Shown here one piece after another: positions 14,662 to 23,477 of a DNA stretch of 32,000 nucleotides. The position numbers and the translations under genes are program-made. The stretch lies in NCBI RefSeq assembly GCF_001457595.1, contig NZ_LN831039.1, forward strand, positions 1,770,001 through 1,802,000. Reading direction: 5' to 3'. Positions within the stretch are counted from its first letter, which is position 1. Every line of letters starts with the position of its first letter. The stretch is from Mycolicibacterium smegmatis. GTDB lineage: Bacteria > Actinomycetota > Actinomycetes > Mycobacteriales > Mycobacteriaceae. A model generated the notes under the pieces. The model made no database searches. It worked only from the letters and a program-made list of their open reading frames with translations, and had not been told where the DNA came from.

Positions 14662-16707
14662 CTACCAGTGCACCCCGGGCAACGTCCGCACGGCACGCTT
14701 GACCGGACGCCCGACAGCGCGCGGCACCCGCACGCCGCGACGGCTGCGCGCGGGCCGCTTGGGCCGTCGTTCCGGCAGCCCCGACCCCGCGGACGGCGCA
14801 GGCCGGGACTCGGCCGGTGCCAGTCCACGCGCGGCCGCCGAATCGGGGTAGCCCAGGTACAGCTGGTGCAGGAAGCGACGCGCCACCCGCGGCGTGAGGT
14901 AGTTGCCGAAGTCGGCGAAGGTGCCGAGCGGTGTGTCGATCCGCGGCGGCTTCTCCACCAGGGCCCGCACCACCATGGCCGCGGCATGCTCGGCGCTGAT
15001 CGGTGGCACCGGATTGAGTCTGCGCGACGGCGCGATCATCGGCGTCTTCACCAGCGGCATGTGGATGTTGGTGAAAGTGATGTGGTCGGACAGGGTTTCG
15101 GTGGACACCACATCGGAGAACGCGTCCAGCGCGGCCTTGCTGGGCAGGTACGCGCTGTACTTCGGCGTGTGTGCCTGCACCCCCGCACTCGACACGTTGA
15201 CCACATGGCCGAAGCGGCGCTCGCGCCAGTGCGGCAGCAGCGCCAGCACCATGCGGACCGCGCCGAAGTAGTTGACCGCCATGACGCGTTCGTAGTCGTG
15301 CAGCCGGTCGGTCGAGTTCGCCACCGACCGGCGGATCGAGCGTCCGGCGTTGTTCACCAGGTAGTCGACGTGGTCGAACCGGCCGAGGATGTCCTTCACG
15401 GTGTGTTCGACCGACGCCGAATCGGTGACGTCGCACGTGAACGCGTGCGCCTGCCCGCCATCGGCACGGATCTCGGCGATCAGTTCGTCGAGCGCCTCAC
15501 CGCTGCGGGCCAACGCGAACACCACCGCGCCACGGCGGGCAACTGCGATGGCCGACGCGCGGCCGATCCCGCTCGATGCACCCGTGATGATCACGTGTTT
15601 GCCGATCAGCGGGCCCGCGGGATCGTCACGCCGGGCACGGTCGGGGTCGAGGTGCTCGGCCCAGTACCTGAACAGTTGCGGCGCGTACGAGGCGAATTCG
15701 GGTACCGCGATCCCGGTGCCCCGCAGCGCGCTCTCGGTGTTGTCGGCCGTGAACGTCGGCCGCAGTTCGGCGACGTCGAACACCTCACCGGGGATGCCCA
15801 GTTGCGTCGCGACCATGTTGCGCACGACCCTGGCGCGGCCACGCACGTCGAGCACGGGCGCCGCGGTCGCGCGCGGCAGCTTTCCGCGCAGCGGCGGCAG
15901 ACCGGCGGCCCCGGCCACGCCGCGGTAGATGTCGACCAGCCCAACCGTATTCGGCGCGGTCAGGTGGAACGTCTGACCGTCGGCACCCTCGACGTGCATG
16001 AGGTGCACGAGCGCCCGGGCGACGAAGTCGACCGGAACGACGTTGGTACGGCCGGTGTCCGGCAGCACCATGGGCGTGAACCTCGGCAGCGCCGCGAGAC
16101 GCGCGAGAACCCCGAAGAAGTAGTACGGCCCGTCGATCTTGTCCATCTCGCCGGTGCGGGAATCGCCGACCACCACGGCGGGACGGTAGATGCGGTGGGG
16201 TACGTCGGTCGCGGCGCGCACCAGCATCTCGGCCTCGAACTTGGTCTGGTGATACGGCGTGGGCAGGTCCTGTGCGACGTCGAAGTCGTCCTCGGTGAAC
16301 ACGCCGCGGTGGTTGCCCGCGACCGCGATCGAGGACACGTGGTGCAACGTGGCTTCGAGCCGCCGCGCCAGAGCAATCACGGCCCTGGTGCCGTCGACGT
16401 TGGCGGCGCGCTGTGCGGCCTCGTCGACGGTGATGTCGTAGATCGCCGCGCAGTGCACCACGTGCGTGATGTCCCCGAGATCGGCGACATCGGTGTCGCT
16501 GAGCCCCAGAGCATCCGCGGCCAGGTCTCCTACCAGCGGTTTCGCGCGATCTCCCCAGTGGTGGGCGAGACGTTCGAAGCGGTTGAGCGATTCGCGGCGG
16601 ACCAGGATCCACACCTCGGCGGCGGCGTCGCGGGCGAGGATCTCCGACACCACCCGCCGGCCGATAAACCCGGTACCGCCGGTAACGACATAGCGCATGC
16701 GAGCCAT
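14662..16707 (-). CDS. acrA1: Two-domain fatty acyl-CoA reductase (N-terminal NAD-binding reductase/epimerase domain plus C-terminal SDR), Rv3391 AcrA1-like
   Basis: The N-terminal domain shows RYVVTGGTGFIGRRVV. The C-terminal SDR shows VIITGASSGIGRASAIAVARRG, NNAG and YLPSKAAL. The position next to iunH matches M. tuberculosis. The start is uncertain: ATG 16707 (MARMRY) or ATG 16698 (MRY), and the tracked TTG at 16746 is less likely. Confidence 0.85.
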   Translation of the reverse strand: MARMRYVVTGGTGFIGRRVVSEILARDAAAEVWILVRRESLNRFERLAHHWGDRAKPLVGDLAADALGLSDTDVADLGDITHVVHCAAIYDITVDEAAQRAANVDGTRAVIALARRLEATLHHVSSIAVAGNHRGVFTEDDFDVAQDLPTPYHQTKFEAEMLVRAATDVPHRIYRPAVVVGDSRTGEMDKIDGPYYFFGVLARLAALPRFTPMVLPDTGRTNVVPVDFVARALVHLMHVEGADGQTFHLTAPNTVGLVDIYRGVAGAAGLPPLRGKLPRATAAPVLDVRGRARVVRNMVATQLGIPGEVFDVAELRPTFTADNTESALRGTGIAVPEFASYAPQLFRYWAEHLDPDRARRDDPAGPLIGKHVIITGASSGIGRASAIAVARRGAVVFALARSGEALDELIAEIRADGGQAHAFTCDVTDSASVEHTVKDILGRFDHVDYLVNNAGRSIRRSVANSTDRLHDYERVMAVNYFGAVRMVLALLPHWRERRFGHVVNVSSAGVQAHTPKYSAYLPSKAALDAFSDVVSTETLSDHITFTNIHMPLVKTPMIAPSRRLNPVPPISAEHAAAMVVRALVEKPPRIDTPLGTFADFGNYLTPRVARRFLHQLYLGYPDSAAARGLAPAESRPAPSAGSGLPERRPKRPARSRRGVRVPRAVGRPVKRAVRTLPGVHW

Positions 16708-16896
16708 CGTGGCCCGATATCGAGCAAACGTCAACCAGGACGTCAACCGGGCAGGTGCACCGGCAGGCGACCGGCCTCGGAGCGCCGCTGACTCTTCGGC
16801 GCGATTTCACCGAAATCACCGCGACAGGTGCCCGCGGGTTGACAGGATCGATTCACTACGGTCGCGCGGACATCGTGCGGGATTGGTGGGTGACGG

Positions 16897-17784
16897 ATGA
16901 AGCTGGTCGTTGGATACCTCGCCACCCCGGGTGGCGCGGACGCGTTGGCTCTCGGAATCCGATTCGCGAGAACGCTCGGCGCCGAGCTCGAGATCTGCAT
17001 CGTGCTGCCGCCGGATACCAGGGCGCCCGGCATGCCCAAAGGCGGCTACGAAGAGGTGCTCGCCGGGCAGGCGCAGGAATGGCTCGACGACGCGCTCAAG
17101 CGGGTGCCTGATGACGTTGTGGCACACGGTCATGTCACGTTCGCCGAATCCTTCACCGACGGCCTGATCGGACTGGCGCAGAAGCACGATGCGGTGGCGA
17201 TCGTCGTCGGCGGGTCCGGCGGTGGCCTGGTGGGCTCCTTCTCGCTGGGCTCGGTGGTCAGCGAGTTGCTGCACTCGTCGCCGCTGCCCGTCGCGGTGGC
17301 GCCGCGGGGCACCCGCGAGTCGGCGATCAAGAAGGTCCGCGAGGTCACGTGCGCCATCGGCCAGCGACAGGGCGCCGACCGCCTGCTCGCGACGGCGGTG
17401 GCGGCCAGCAAGGCCGCGGGCACCCCGCTGCGGCTTGTGTCGCTGGTCGCGCTCGACCCGGCGTTCGGGCACCTGCGCTCCGACGACGACGCCGTGCGAC
17501 GGCGCGCGCACGAACACGCGCAGAAGACCCTAGATGCCGCGAAAGCCGAACTGCCCGAGGGATTTCCGGTGACCTCGACGATCGTGAGCGGAACGTCGGT
17601 GGAGAACGCCGTGAGCCAGCTCGATTGGCACGACGGGGACGTCATCATGGTTGGGTCCAGCCGGCTGAGCGCACCCAAGCGGATCTTCTTGGGCAACACC
17701 GCGGCGAAGATGCTTCGGGTGCTGGACGTTCCGATGGTGGTGGTGCCGCGCGATGACCTGGAAGACGGTGAGGACCGGTCATGA
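16897..17784 (+). CDS. Universal stress protein with tandem Usp domains
   Basis: Two Usp-like halves are present. The second ends in DVIMVGSSRLSAPKRIFLGNTAAKMLRVLDVPMVVVPR, an ATP-binding-type G-x2-G-x9-G motif region. Confidence 0.85.
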   Translation: MKLVVGYLATPGGADALALGIRFARTLGAELEICIVLPPDTRAPGMPKGGYEEVLAGQAQEWLDDALKRVPDDVVAHGHVTFAESFTDGLIGLAQKHDAVAIVVGGSGGGLVGSFSLGSVVSELLHSSPLPVAVAPRGTRESAIKKVREVTCAIGQRQGADRLLATAVAASKAAGTPLRLVSLVALDPAFGHLRSDDDAVRRRAHEHAQKTLDAAKAELPEGFPVTSTIVSGTSVENAVSQLDWHDGDVIMVGSSRLSAPKRIFLGNTAAKMLRVLDVPMVVVPRDDLEDGEDRS

Positions 17785-19349
17785 CCCGGTCCGATCCGCA
17801 GTCAGACCCGGAGTCCGACCCCCACCACGCACTCGAAATCGTCGAGCAGTCCGCGGGCCTGCGGGGCAAGGGACTGGCCGCGGGCAAGGTCGGGACGTTC
17901 TCCGGTGCCATCCTGGGAATTTCCTCCGTCGCACCGGGATACACCCTCACCGCGAGCATCGGCCTGATCGTCGCTGCTGTCGGACTCAAGATGCCCGCGA
18001 TCTTCATCGCCGGGTTCATCCCGATGTTCCTCACGGCATACGCCTACCGCGAACTCAACTCCCGCGCACCCGACTGCGGCGCGTCGTTCACGTGGTCCAC
18101 CAAGGCGTTCGGACCGTACGTCGGGTGGATGTGCGGCTGGGGCATGGTGATCGCCACCATCATCGTGCTGTCCAACCTGGCCGCCATCGCCGTCGAGTTC
18201 TTCTACCTGTTCGTCGCGCGGATCCTCAACACCCCGGAGATCGCCGATCTCGCCGACAACAAGCTGGTCAACATCCTCACCACGCTGGTGTTCATCGCCC
18301 TGGCGACGTGGGTCTCCAGCCGCGGAATCACCACCAGCGAGCACGTGCAGTACGTGCTGGTGGGATTCCAGATGACGGTGCTGCTGGCATTCGCGATCAC
18401 CGCGGTCATCCATGTGGGGGCGGGCAACGCGCCGGAGGGCCTGGCCTTCGACCTCGACTGGTTCAACCCGTTCACCAACCTGGCGTTCGGCGCGTTCGTC
18501 ATCGGCGTCACCGGTTCGATCTTCGCGTTCTGGGGCTGGGACACGTGCCTGACCCTCGGGGAGGAATCGAAGGACCCCACCAAGGTGCCCGGGCGCGCCG
18601 GTCTGCTGTGCGTGACCACGATCCTGCTGACCTACCTGCTGGTCGCGGTCGCGGTGATGATGTACGCCGGGGTCGGCGAGACCGGCCTGGGGCTGGGTAA
18701 TCCGGAGAACTCCGAGAACGTCTTCGGCGCCCTTGCCGACCCGGTGCTGGGTTCGTGGGGCGGGCCGCTGCTGTTCCTGGCCGTGCTCGCCTCCTCGGTC
18801 GCGAGCCTGCAGACGACGTTCCTGCCCGCGGCACGCGCGATGCTCGCGATGGGCGCCTACGGGGCATTCCCGAAGCGGTTCTCCCACGTGCATCCCCGGT
18901 TCCTCGTACCGTCGTTCAGCACGCTGATCGCAGGCATCGTGACGGGCGTGTTCTACACCGTGGTGAGCCTGCTGTCGGAGTACGCGCTGCTGGACACCAT
19001 CGCGGCGCTGGGCATCATGATCTGCTGGTACTACGGCATCACCGCGTTCGCGTGTATCTGGTACTTCCGGCGCGAGCTGTTCACCGATGCGCACAACATC
19101 GTGTTCAAGTTCCTGTTCCCGCTCATCGGCGGCCTGGTGCTGGCCGCGGTGTTCGGGTTCTCGCTCAAGGAGAGCATGGACCCGGAGAACGGCAGCGGCG
19201 CCGAGCTCGGCGGTATCGGCCTGGTGTTCTACATCGGTTTCGGCATCCTGCTGCTGGGTGCGGTGCTGATGCTCGTGATGCGTACGCGCAGCCCCGAGTT
19301 CTTCCGGGGAGAGACGTTGTCCCGCAACACACCTGTGATACCGGGCTGA
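17781..19349 (+). CDS. APC-superfamily amino-acid/polyamine permease
   Basis: 522 aa with about 12 hydrophobic segments. It shows GTFSGAILGISSVAPGYTL and WGWDTCLTLGEESKDP. Its start overlaps the usp stop as ATGA (17781-17784). Confidence 0.9.
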   Translation: MTRSDPQSDPESDPHHALEIVEQSAGLRGKGLAAGKVGTFSGAILGISSVAPGYTLTASIGLIVAAVGLKMPAIFIAGFIPMFLTAYAYRELNSRAPDCGASFTWSTKAFGPYVGWMCGWGMVIATIIVLSNLAAIAVEFFYLFVARILNTPEIADLADNKLVNILTTLVFIALATWVSSRGITTSEHVQYVLVGFQMTVLLAFAITAVIHVGAGNAPEGLAFDLDWFNPFTNLAFGAFVIGVTGSIFAFWGWDTCLTLGEESKDPTKVPGRAGLLCVTTILLTYLLVAVAVMMYAGVGETGLGLGNPENSENVFGALADPVLGSWGGPLLFLAVLASSVASLQTTFLPAARAMLAMGAYGAFPKRFSHVHPRFLVPSFSTLIAGIVTGVFYTVVSLLSEYALLDTIAALGIMICWYYGITAFACIWYFRRELFTDAHNIVFKFLFPLIGGLVLAAVFGFSLKESMDPENGSGAELGGIGLVFYIGFGILLLGAVLMLVMRTRSPEFFRGETLSRNTPVIPG

Positions 19350-19350
19350 G

Positions 19351-20226
19351 TCAGGCCGGTTCCGACGATTCCGTCGGTTGGGTTGCGGACGACATCGTCC
19401 AGCTGATCAGCAGGTTCATCGCCTCGCGTGAAGCCGTGCCGGCCTCGGTGGTGTAGGTGAACATCGTCTGGTCGGGATCGCCCGGCATGGTGAAGGTCTC
19501 GTAGTCGACGGTGAGCTCGCCGACCACCGGGTGACGCAGGTGCTTGGACCCGTGCGTGCGCTGGTACACGCGGTGCTGGGCCCACCAGTCGCCGAAATCC
19601 GTGCTGGCCGCGGACAGCTCGTCGACCAGCGCCGTGGTGACCGGGTCACCCGGGTGCGCACCGAGTTCCAGGCGCAGGTTCTCGACGACGGAACGCGCCT
19701 GGACGTCCCAGTCGGCGAACAACTTTCGCGCATCAGGGGAGAGGAACATCCATCGGGCGTAACTGCGTTCACGCGGACGCATGCGGTCGAAGTCGGCGAT
19801 CAGTGCCGCGCCGAGCCGGTTGATCCCCAGCACGTCGCTGTGGCGTCCGAGGATCATCGCGGGTGTGCCGGTGAGGGATTCGAGCAGCTGGTACAGGCCG
19901 GGCCGAACCCGCTGCGCCGCGGTCGGTGGTTTGCGGCCGCGCGGTGGGGCGCCGACGAGATGTTCGAGGTGCGCGCGGCCGGTGTCGTCGAGATCCAGCG
20001 CCCGCGCGATCGCGTCGAGCACACTGCGCGACGGGGTGATGCGCCGTCCCTGCTCAAGCCGCGTGTAGTAGTCCGTCGACACCCCGGCGAGCAGCGCGAC
20101 CTCCTCGCGGCGCAACCCGGGAACCCGTCGCACCCTGCTGTCGGCGGGCAACCCCGCGCGTGCCGGATCGACGGCCGCGCGGGCGCGTTTCAGGAAATCC
20201 GCGAGGTCGCGGTTGGTATCGGACAT
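19351..20226 (-). CDS. XRE-type HTH regulator with an MmyB-like ligand-binding domain
   Basis: The tracked ORF extends to 20658 with Arg-rich junk. The real start is ATG 20226 (MSDTNRDLADFLKRARAAVDP...). The HTH core is GLRREEVALLAGVSTDYYTRLEQGRR, followed by a C-terminal domain of about 190 aa. The stop lies 1 nt from the convergent permease stop. Confidence 0.8.
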   Translation of the reverse strand: MSDTNRDLADFLKRARAAVDPARAGLPADSRVRRVPGLRREEVALLAGVSTDYYTRLEQGRRITPSRSVLDAIARALDLDDTGRAHLEHLVGAPPRGRKPPTAAQRVRPGLYQLLESLTGTPAMILGRHSDVLGINRLGAALIADFDRMRPRERSYARWMFLSPDARKLFADWDVQARSVVENLRLELGAHPGDPVTTALVDELSAASTDFGDWWAQHRVYQRTHGSKHLRHPVVGELTVDYETFTMPGDPDQTMFTYTTEAGTASREAMNLLISWTMSSATQPTESSEPA

Positions 20227-20389
20227 CACCACGAGTGTGGCACCCCGGCGCGCTCGGTACCTGGGTCTTTGAGTCCTAGGTTGCCGCGGCCTCGGTTGAT
20301 CAGGCCAGGTTATGGGCCACTTTTCGGCCTTACGACGACCGAGACTCGATGTCAGCCGACAGGCACAGACAAGCCGAACAGGAGAAGTC

Positions 20390-21241
20390 ATGTCATATCC
20401 CACCACCCGCCCCGCCACCTGGTTCGTCACCGGCACGTCGAAGGGCCTCGGCCTCGAGCTCGTGCGGCAACTGCTCGCACGCGGCGACAACGTCGCGGCC
20501 ACCACGCGTTCGACCGAGCGGCTGCACGCCGGCTTAGAAGGCGTCGACACCGGATCGCTGCTGCCCATCGAGGTCGACCTCGCCGACCCGTCGGCGGTGC
20601 ACAAGGCCGTCACCGCCACGGTCGAGCGGTTCGGGCACCTCGACGTCGTGGTCAACAACGCCGGTTACGGATTCCTCGCATCGGTCGAGGACACCACCGA
20701 CGCCGACATCCGCCAGATGTTGGACGTCCAGGTCATCGGTACGTGGAATGTGTTGCGCGCGGCCATTCCTCACCTGCGCGCAGCCCGCAGCGGCCACATC
20801 GTCAACGTGTCGTCGATCCTCGGGCTGACCGCGATGCCGGGCTGGGGTCTGTACTGCGCGGGCAAGTTCGCGCTCAACGGGATGAGCGAGGCCCTCGCGG
20901 GCGAGATGGCCGAATTCGGTGTCAACGTCAGCATTGTCGAGCCCGGCTACTTCCGCACGAGCTTTTTGACCACCGACTCCCTGGCGCTGCCCGAGGCCAC
21001 CAGCGACGCCTACCCGGGCATCCACGAGATGACGCAGAACCACCTCGCGCTGCAGGGCAGCCAGCTCGGTGACCCGGTGAAGGGCGCCGAGGCGATCATC
21101 GACATCGCCGTCGCGGGGCAGGGCCCGCTGCATCAGCTGCTCGGATCGGACTCCTACGAGTACGCCCAGGCCAAGGTGGCCGCGCTGAGCGGCGACATCG
21201 AAGCCGGCCGCGAACTGGCGTTCACCACCGACCACCGCTGA
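20390..21241 (+). CDS. Short-chain dehydrogenase/reductase (classical SDR)
   Basis: ATG 20390 is preceded by AGGAGA (20380-20385). The protein shows WFVTGTSKGLGLELVRQL, VNNAG and YCAGKFAL (YxxxK). It is divergent from the MmyB-like regulator. Confidence 0.9.
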   Translation: MSYPTTRPATWFVTGTSKGLGLELVRQLLARGDNVAATTRSTERLHAGLEGVDTGSLLPIEVDLADPSAVHKAVTATVERFGHLDVVVNNAGYGFLASVEDTTDADIRQMLDVQVIGTWNVLRAAIPHLRAARSGHIVNVSSILGLTAMPGWGLYCAGKFALNGMSEALAGEMAEFGVNVSIVEPGYFRTSFLTTDSLALPEATSDAYPGIHEMTQNHLALQGSQLGDPVKGAEAIIDIAVAGQGPLHQLLGSDSYEYAQAKVAALSGDIEAGRELAFTTDHR

Positions 21242-21248
21242 CCGCACT

Positions 21249-21296
21249 CGTGACGTGGTGGCGCCGAACCGCTCTCACGGGCGCCACCACGTCACG
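21249..21296. terminator. Bidirectional hairpin between convergent genes: 17-bp perfect stem, 14-nt loop, no U-tract
   Basis: CGTGACGTGGTGGCGCC (21249-21265) pairs with GGCGCCACCACGTCACG (21280-21296). The hairpin lies between the SDR stop (21241) and the secreted-protein stop (21305). Confidence 0.6.
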
Positions 21297-21304
21297 CACG
21301 GGAC

Positions 21305-22474
21305 TCATCCCGCGGCCGAGCCGATCCCGACCGCCTTGTCCTTGTTGTGCACCAGCTGCAGCGGATCGAGGATGTTCCACACCGTGGCCACGGCGCCGTA
21401 CTTGAGCTCGGCCGCGGGTGTTTCGAGGTTGATCAGGTCGGCGATGATGTCGTAGCCGTAGTACAGGGCCGATCCAGGCGGCGTCGTCTTGATCAGCTCG
21501 GTGATGATGAGCTGGCGGGCATCTCGCGCGGCGTCGTCATCGCCGAGGGCGGGCGCCAGGTTCGGCAGGATCTTGCTGATCGGGATCACCGCGTTGACCC
21601 ACGGCACGATCTGGCTGCCCCGGTAGATCTGCTCGGTCGCCTCACGGACCAGGGGATCGAGGAACTCCGGCGACGCGCCCAGCAGGGCGTCGCGCAGATC
21701 CATGATCGCGTCCGGGAAGTCGGTGGGATCCGGGTCATCAGGCCGCAGCGGGTTGGGGCTCCACGGCGGGTCCGCCGGCGCGTCGGCCTGGGCGCCAACC
21801 TGGGTGTCGGCGGTGGCGCGCGCCGTCGGCGTCGTCTTCTCCAGGGCGCTGTCGCCCTCGGGCTTGGGATTGGGTGCCGCAGCCTCTTTCGGGGTGAAGA
21901 CCTGCTTGAGCCGCGCGATCTGCTCGGCCTCGAAGTCCTTGAGGGCGTCCTTGGCGACCGGCTTGACCGTCCCGGTGACGGGCTTGAGTGAGTCGGTGAC
22001 CGACTTCGACACCGTGGCCGCGGCTTTGTTGATCTGGCTGTTGATCTGACCGCTGACGTGAGCGCCGACCTTCTCGGTGCGCGCGGCGGCCTTCTCGGCA
22101 CGGGCGGCAGCGGTGTCGACGGCCTTCTTGATGTCCTTGCCTGCCTTGTCGGCGGCCTTCTGCACACCCGCGCTGACCTTGGACAGCGTCCTGGGCCGCT
22201 CGGTCTTGCCTGCCGTCTTCGAACCGGTCTTGGTATCGGCCTTGGGCCCCGCGTTGACGCCGGAGGACCCGCGCGAAACGGAACCGGCTGTGCTCGACTC
22301 CTTGCTCGACTCCTTGCTCGACGTCTTGGCCGAACCGCTGTCGGTGTCTGCGTGCGCGGTGCCCTGACCGGCCACGGCGATCGCCGCTCCGACGCCCAGC
22401 GCAACCGCGGCACCACCGACATAACCGGCGTACTTCGTCGAGGCCGCCTTCGTTGCCGCCCTGTGAGAGCCCAT
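21305..22474 (-). CDS. Secreted hypothetical protein: signal peptide, Lys/Ala/Ser-rich low-complexity region, globular C-terminal domain
   Basis: 389 aa. The signal peptide reads YAGYVGGAAVALGVGAAIAVAGQGTAHA-DTD. A Lys/Ala/Ser/Thr-rich amphipathic segment follows, then a Pro/Asp linker (ADPPWSPNPLRPDDPDPTDFPD), then a C-terminal domain of about 150 aa. A GAAAGGA SD is present. I recognise no family. Confidence 0.7.
   Translation of the reverse strand: MGSHRAATKAASTKYAGYVGGAAVALGVGAAIAVAGQGTAHADTDSGSAKTSSKESSKESSTAGSVSRGSSGVNAGPKADTKTGSKTAGKTERPRTLSKVSAGVQKAADKAGKDIKKAVDTAAARAEKAAARTEKVGAHVSGQINSQINKAAATVSKSVTDSLKPVTGTVKPVAKDALKDFEAEQIARLKQVFTPKEAAAPNPKPEGDSALEKTTPTARATADTQVGAQADAPADPPWSPNPLRPDDPDPTDFPDAIMDLRDALLGASPEFLDPLVREATEQIYRGSQIVPWVNAVIPISKILPNLAPALGDDDAARDARQLIITELIKTTPPGSALYYGYDIIADLINLETPAAELKYGAVATVWNILDPLQLVHNKDKAVGIGSAAG
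22293..22328 (-). repeat. Three tandem copies of a 12-bp unit (CTCGACTCCTTG; the third has 2 mismatches), encoding SKESSKESS
   Basis: Read directly within the secreted-protein gene. Confidence 0.85.
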
Positions 22475-22589
22475 TGCCGTCCTTTCACCACCGATCCCCA
22501 GCCCAGTGGCATCGTAGGGGGCCGGTACGTGATCGGCAGCACGAGGTGATCATGAATGTGCCCTGTGATCACACCCGCACCAGTGGTCC

Positions 22590-23381
22590 CTACACCCCGG
22601 TGCCGCCGTCGACCCGCAGCGTCACCCCGGTGACGTACGACGCGCGGTCACTGAGCAGCCACGCCGCGGCCTCCGCGATCTCGGCGGGCGCGGCCGCGCG
22701 CCCCAGCGGCGCGATGGAGACGAGCCGGTCGATGGTGCCGGGGCTCGCGGCGTCCCACTCGTCGATCATCTCGGTGAGCGTGGTGCCCGGCGCGATGGTG
22801 TTGACGCGGATGCCCTCAGGGCCGTAGGTCACCGCCGCGGATTCGGTGAGGCTGTTGAGGGCGCGCTTCATCGCGCCGTAGGCCGGCAACTCGGGGTTGC
22901 CCTGCAGGCTGCCGATGCTCGACGTGTTCACGATGGCGCCCGTCTTCGAGGTGGCGCGGATCGCGGCGATCTCGGCGGCCAGCGCGAGCCACACGCCCTT
23001 GAAGTTGACGTCGTAGATGCGGTCCAGATCCGCCTCGGGCAGTCCGTCGAGGGGGCCCGGCGGCTGGATCGTCGCACCGTTGTTGAACGCGACATCCAGG
23101 CGTCCCCACACCTCGACGGTGCGGTTCACCGCAGCGCGCACAGTGTCCGGATCGGCCTGGTCGCACACCACGTACTCGGCGGTGCCGCCGTCGGCGCGGA
23201 TCTGTTCGGTGACCTCTTCGAGCTGGGCTTCGGTACGGGCCGCCAGCATCACGGATGCGCCCTCTGCGGCGAACAGCCGTGCGGCCGCGGCGCCGATGCC
23301 GCGTCCGGCGCCCGTGATGAACGCGATCTTGCCTTCGAGCAGGCCCGTCGTGGTCGCGGAAGCGGTGGTGGTTTGTGTCAT
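22590..23381 (-). CDS. Short-chain dehydrogenase/reductase (FabG-like SDR)
   Basis: The tracked ORF extends to 24380. The real start is ATG 23381 (MTQTTTASATTTGLLEGKIAFITGAGRGIGAAAARLF). The protein shows NNGA, YGAMKRAL (YxxxK) and a C-terminal YVTGVTLRVDGG. Confidence 0.9.
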   Translation of the reverse strand: MTQTTTASATTTGLLEGKIAFITGAGRGIGAAAARLFAAEGASVMLAARTEAQLEEVTEQIRADGGTAEYVVCDQADPDTVRAAVNRTVEVWGRLDVAFNNGATIQPPGPLDGLPEADLDRIYDVNFKGVWLALAAEIAAIRATSKTGAIVNTSSIGSLQGNPELPAYGAMKRALNSLTESAAVTYGPEGIRVNTIAPGTTLTEMIDEWDAASPGTIDRLVSIAPLGRAAAPAEIAEAAAWLLSDRASYVTGVTLRVDGGTGV

Positions 23382-23414
23382 GACCCGAGCCTGCGGGCGG
23401 TGGCCGGACGTATC

Positions 23415-23433
23415 CAGGTACCCGCTGTACCTG
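23415..23433. promoter_or_regulatory. Perfect inverted repeat CAGGTAC-N5-GTACCTG in the SDR/MmyB-regulator divergent intergenic region
   Basis: Read directly. It lies 34 nt upstream of the SDR ATG (23381) and 45 nt upstream of the regulator GTG (23478). A related GGTACCTGG occurs in the paralogous intergenic region at 20256-20264. Confidence 0.45.
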
Positions 23434-23477
23434 TCTGGGCACCCGCGGCGCCGGCCGGACGCACGCAGAATGGTGAC

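Noticed and set aside
14668-16791. 707-aa ORF antisense to the acrA1-like gene
   Set aside because: The translation is low-complexity and Arg/Gly/His-rich with no domain signatures. The opposite strand has clear NAD-binding and SDR motifs.
20227-20658. N-terminal extension of tracked ORF 19351-20658
   Set aside because: The extension is Arg/Pro-rich and crosses the divergent promoter and the SDR start. The MmyB-type N-terminus aligns from ATG 20226.
22215-22230. TTCGAACCGGTCTTGG, a partial SOS-box-like sequence
   Set aside because: The right half-site is mismatched (CTTG rather than GTTC), and the sequence sits inside the secreted-protein coding region.
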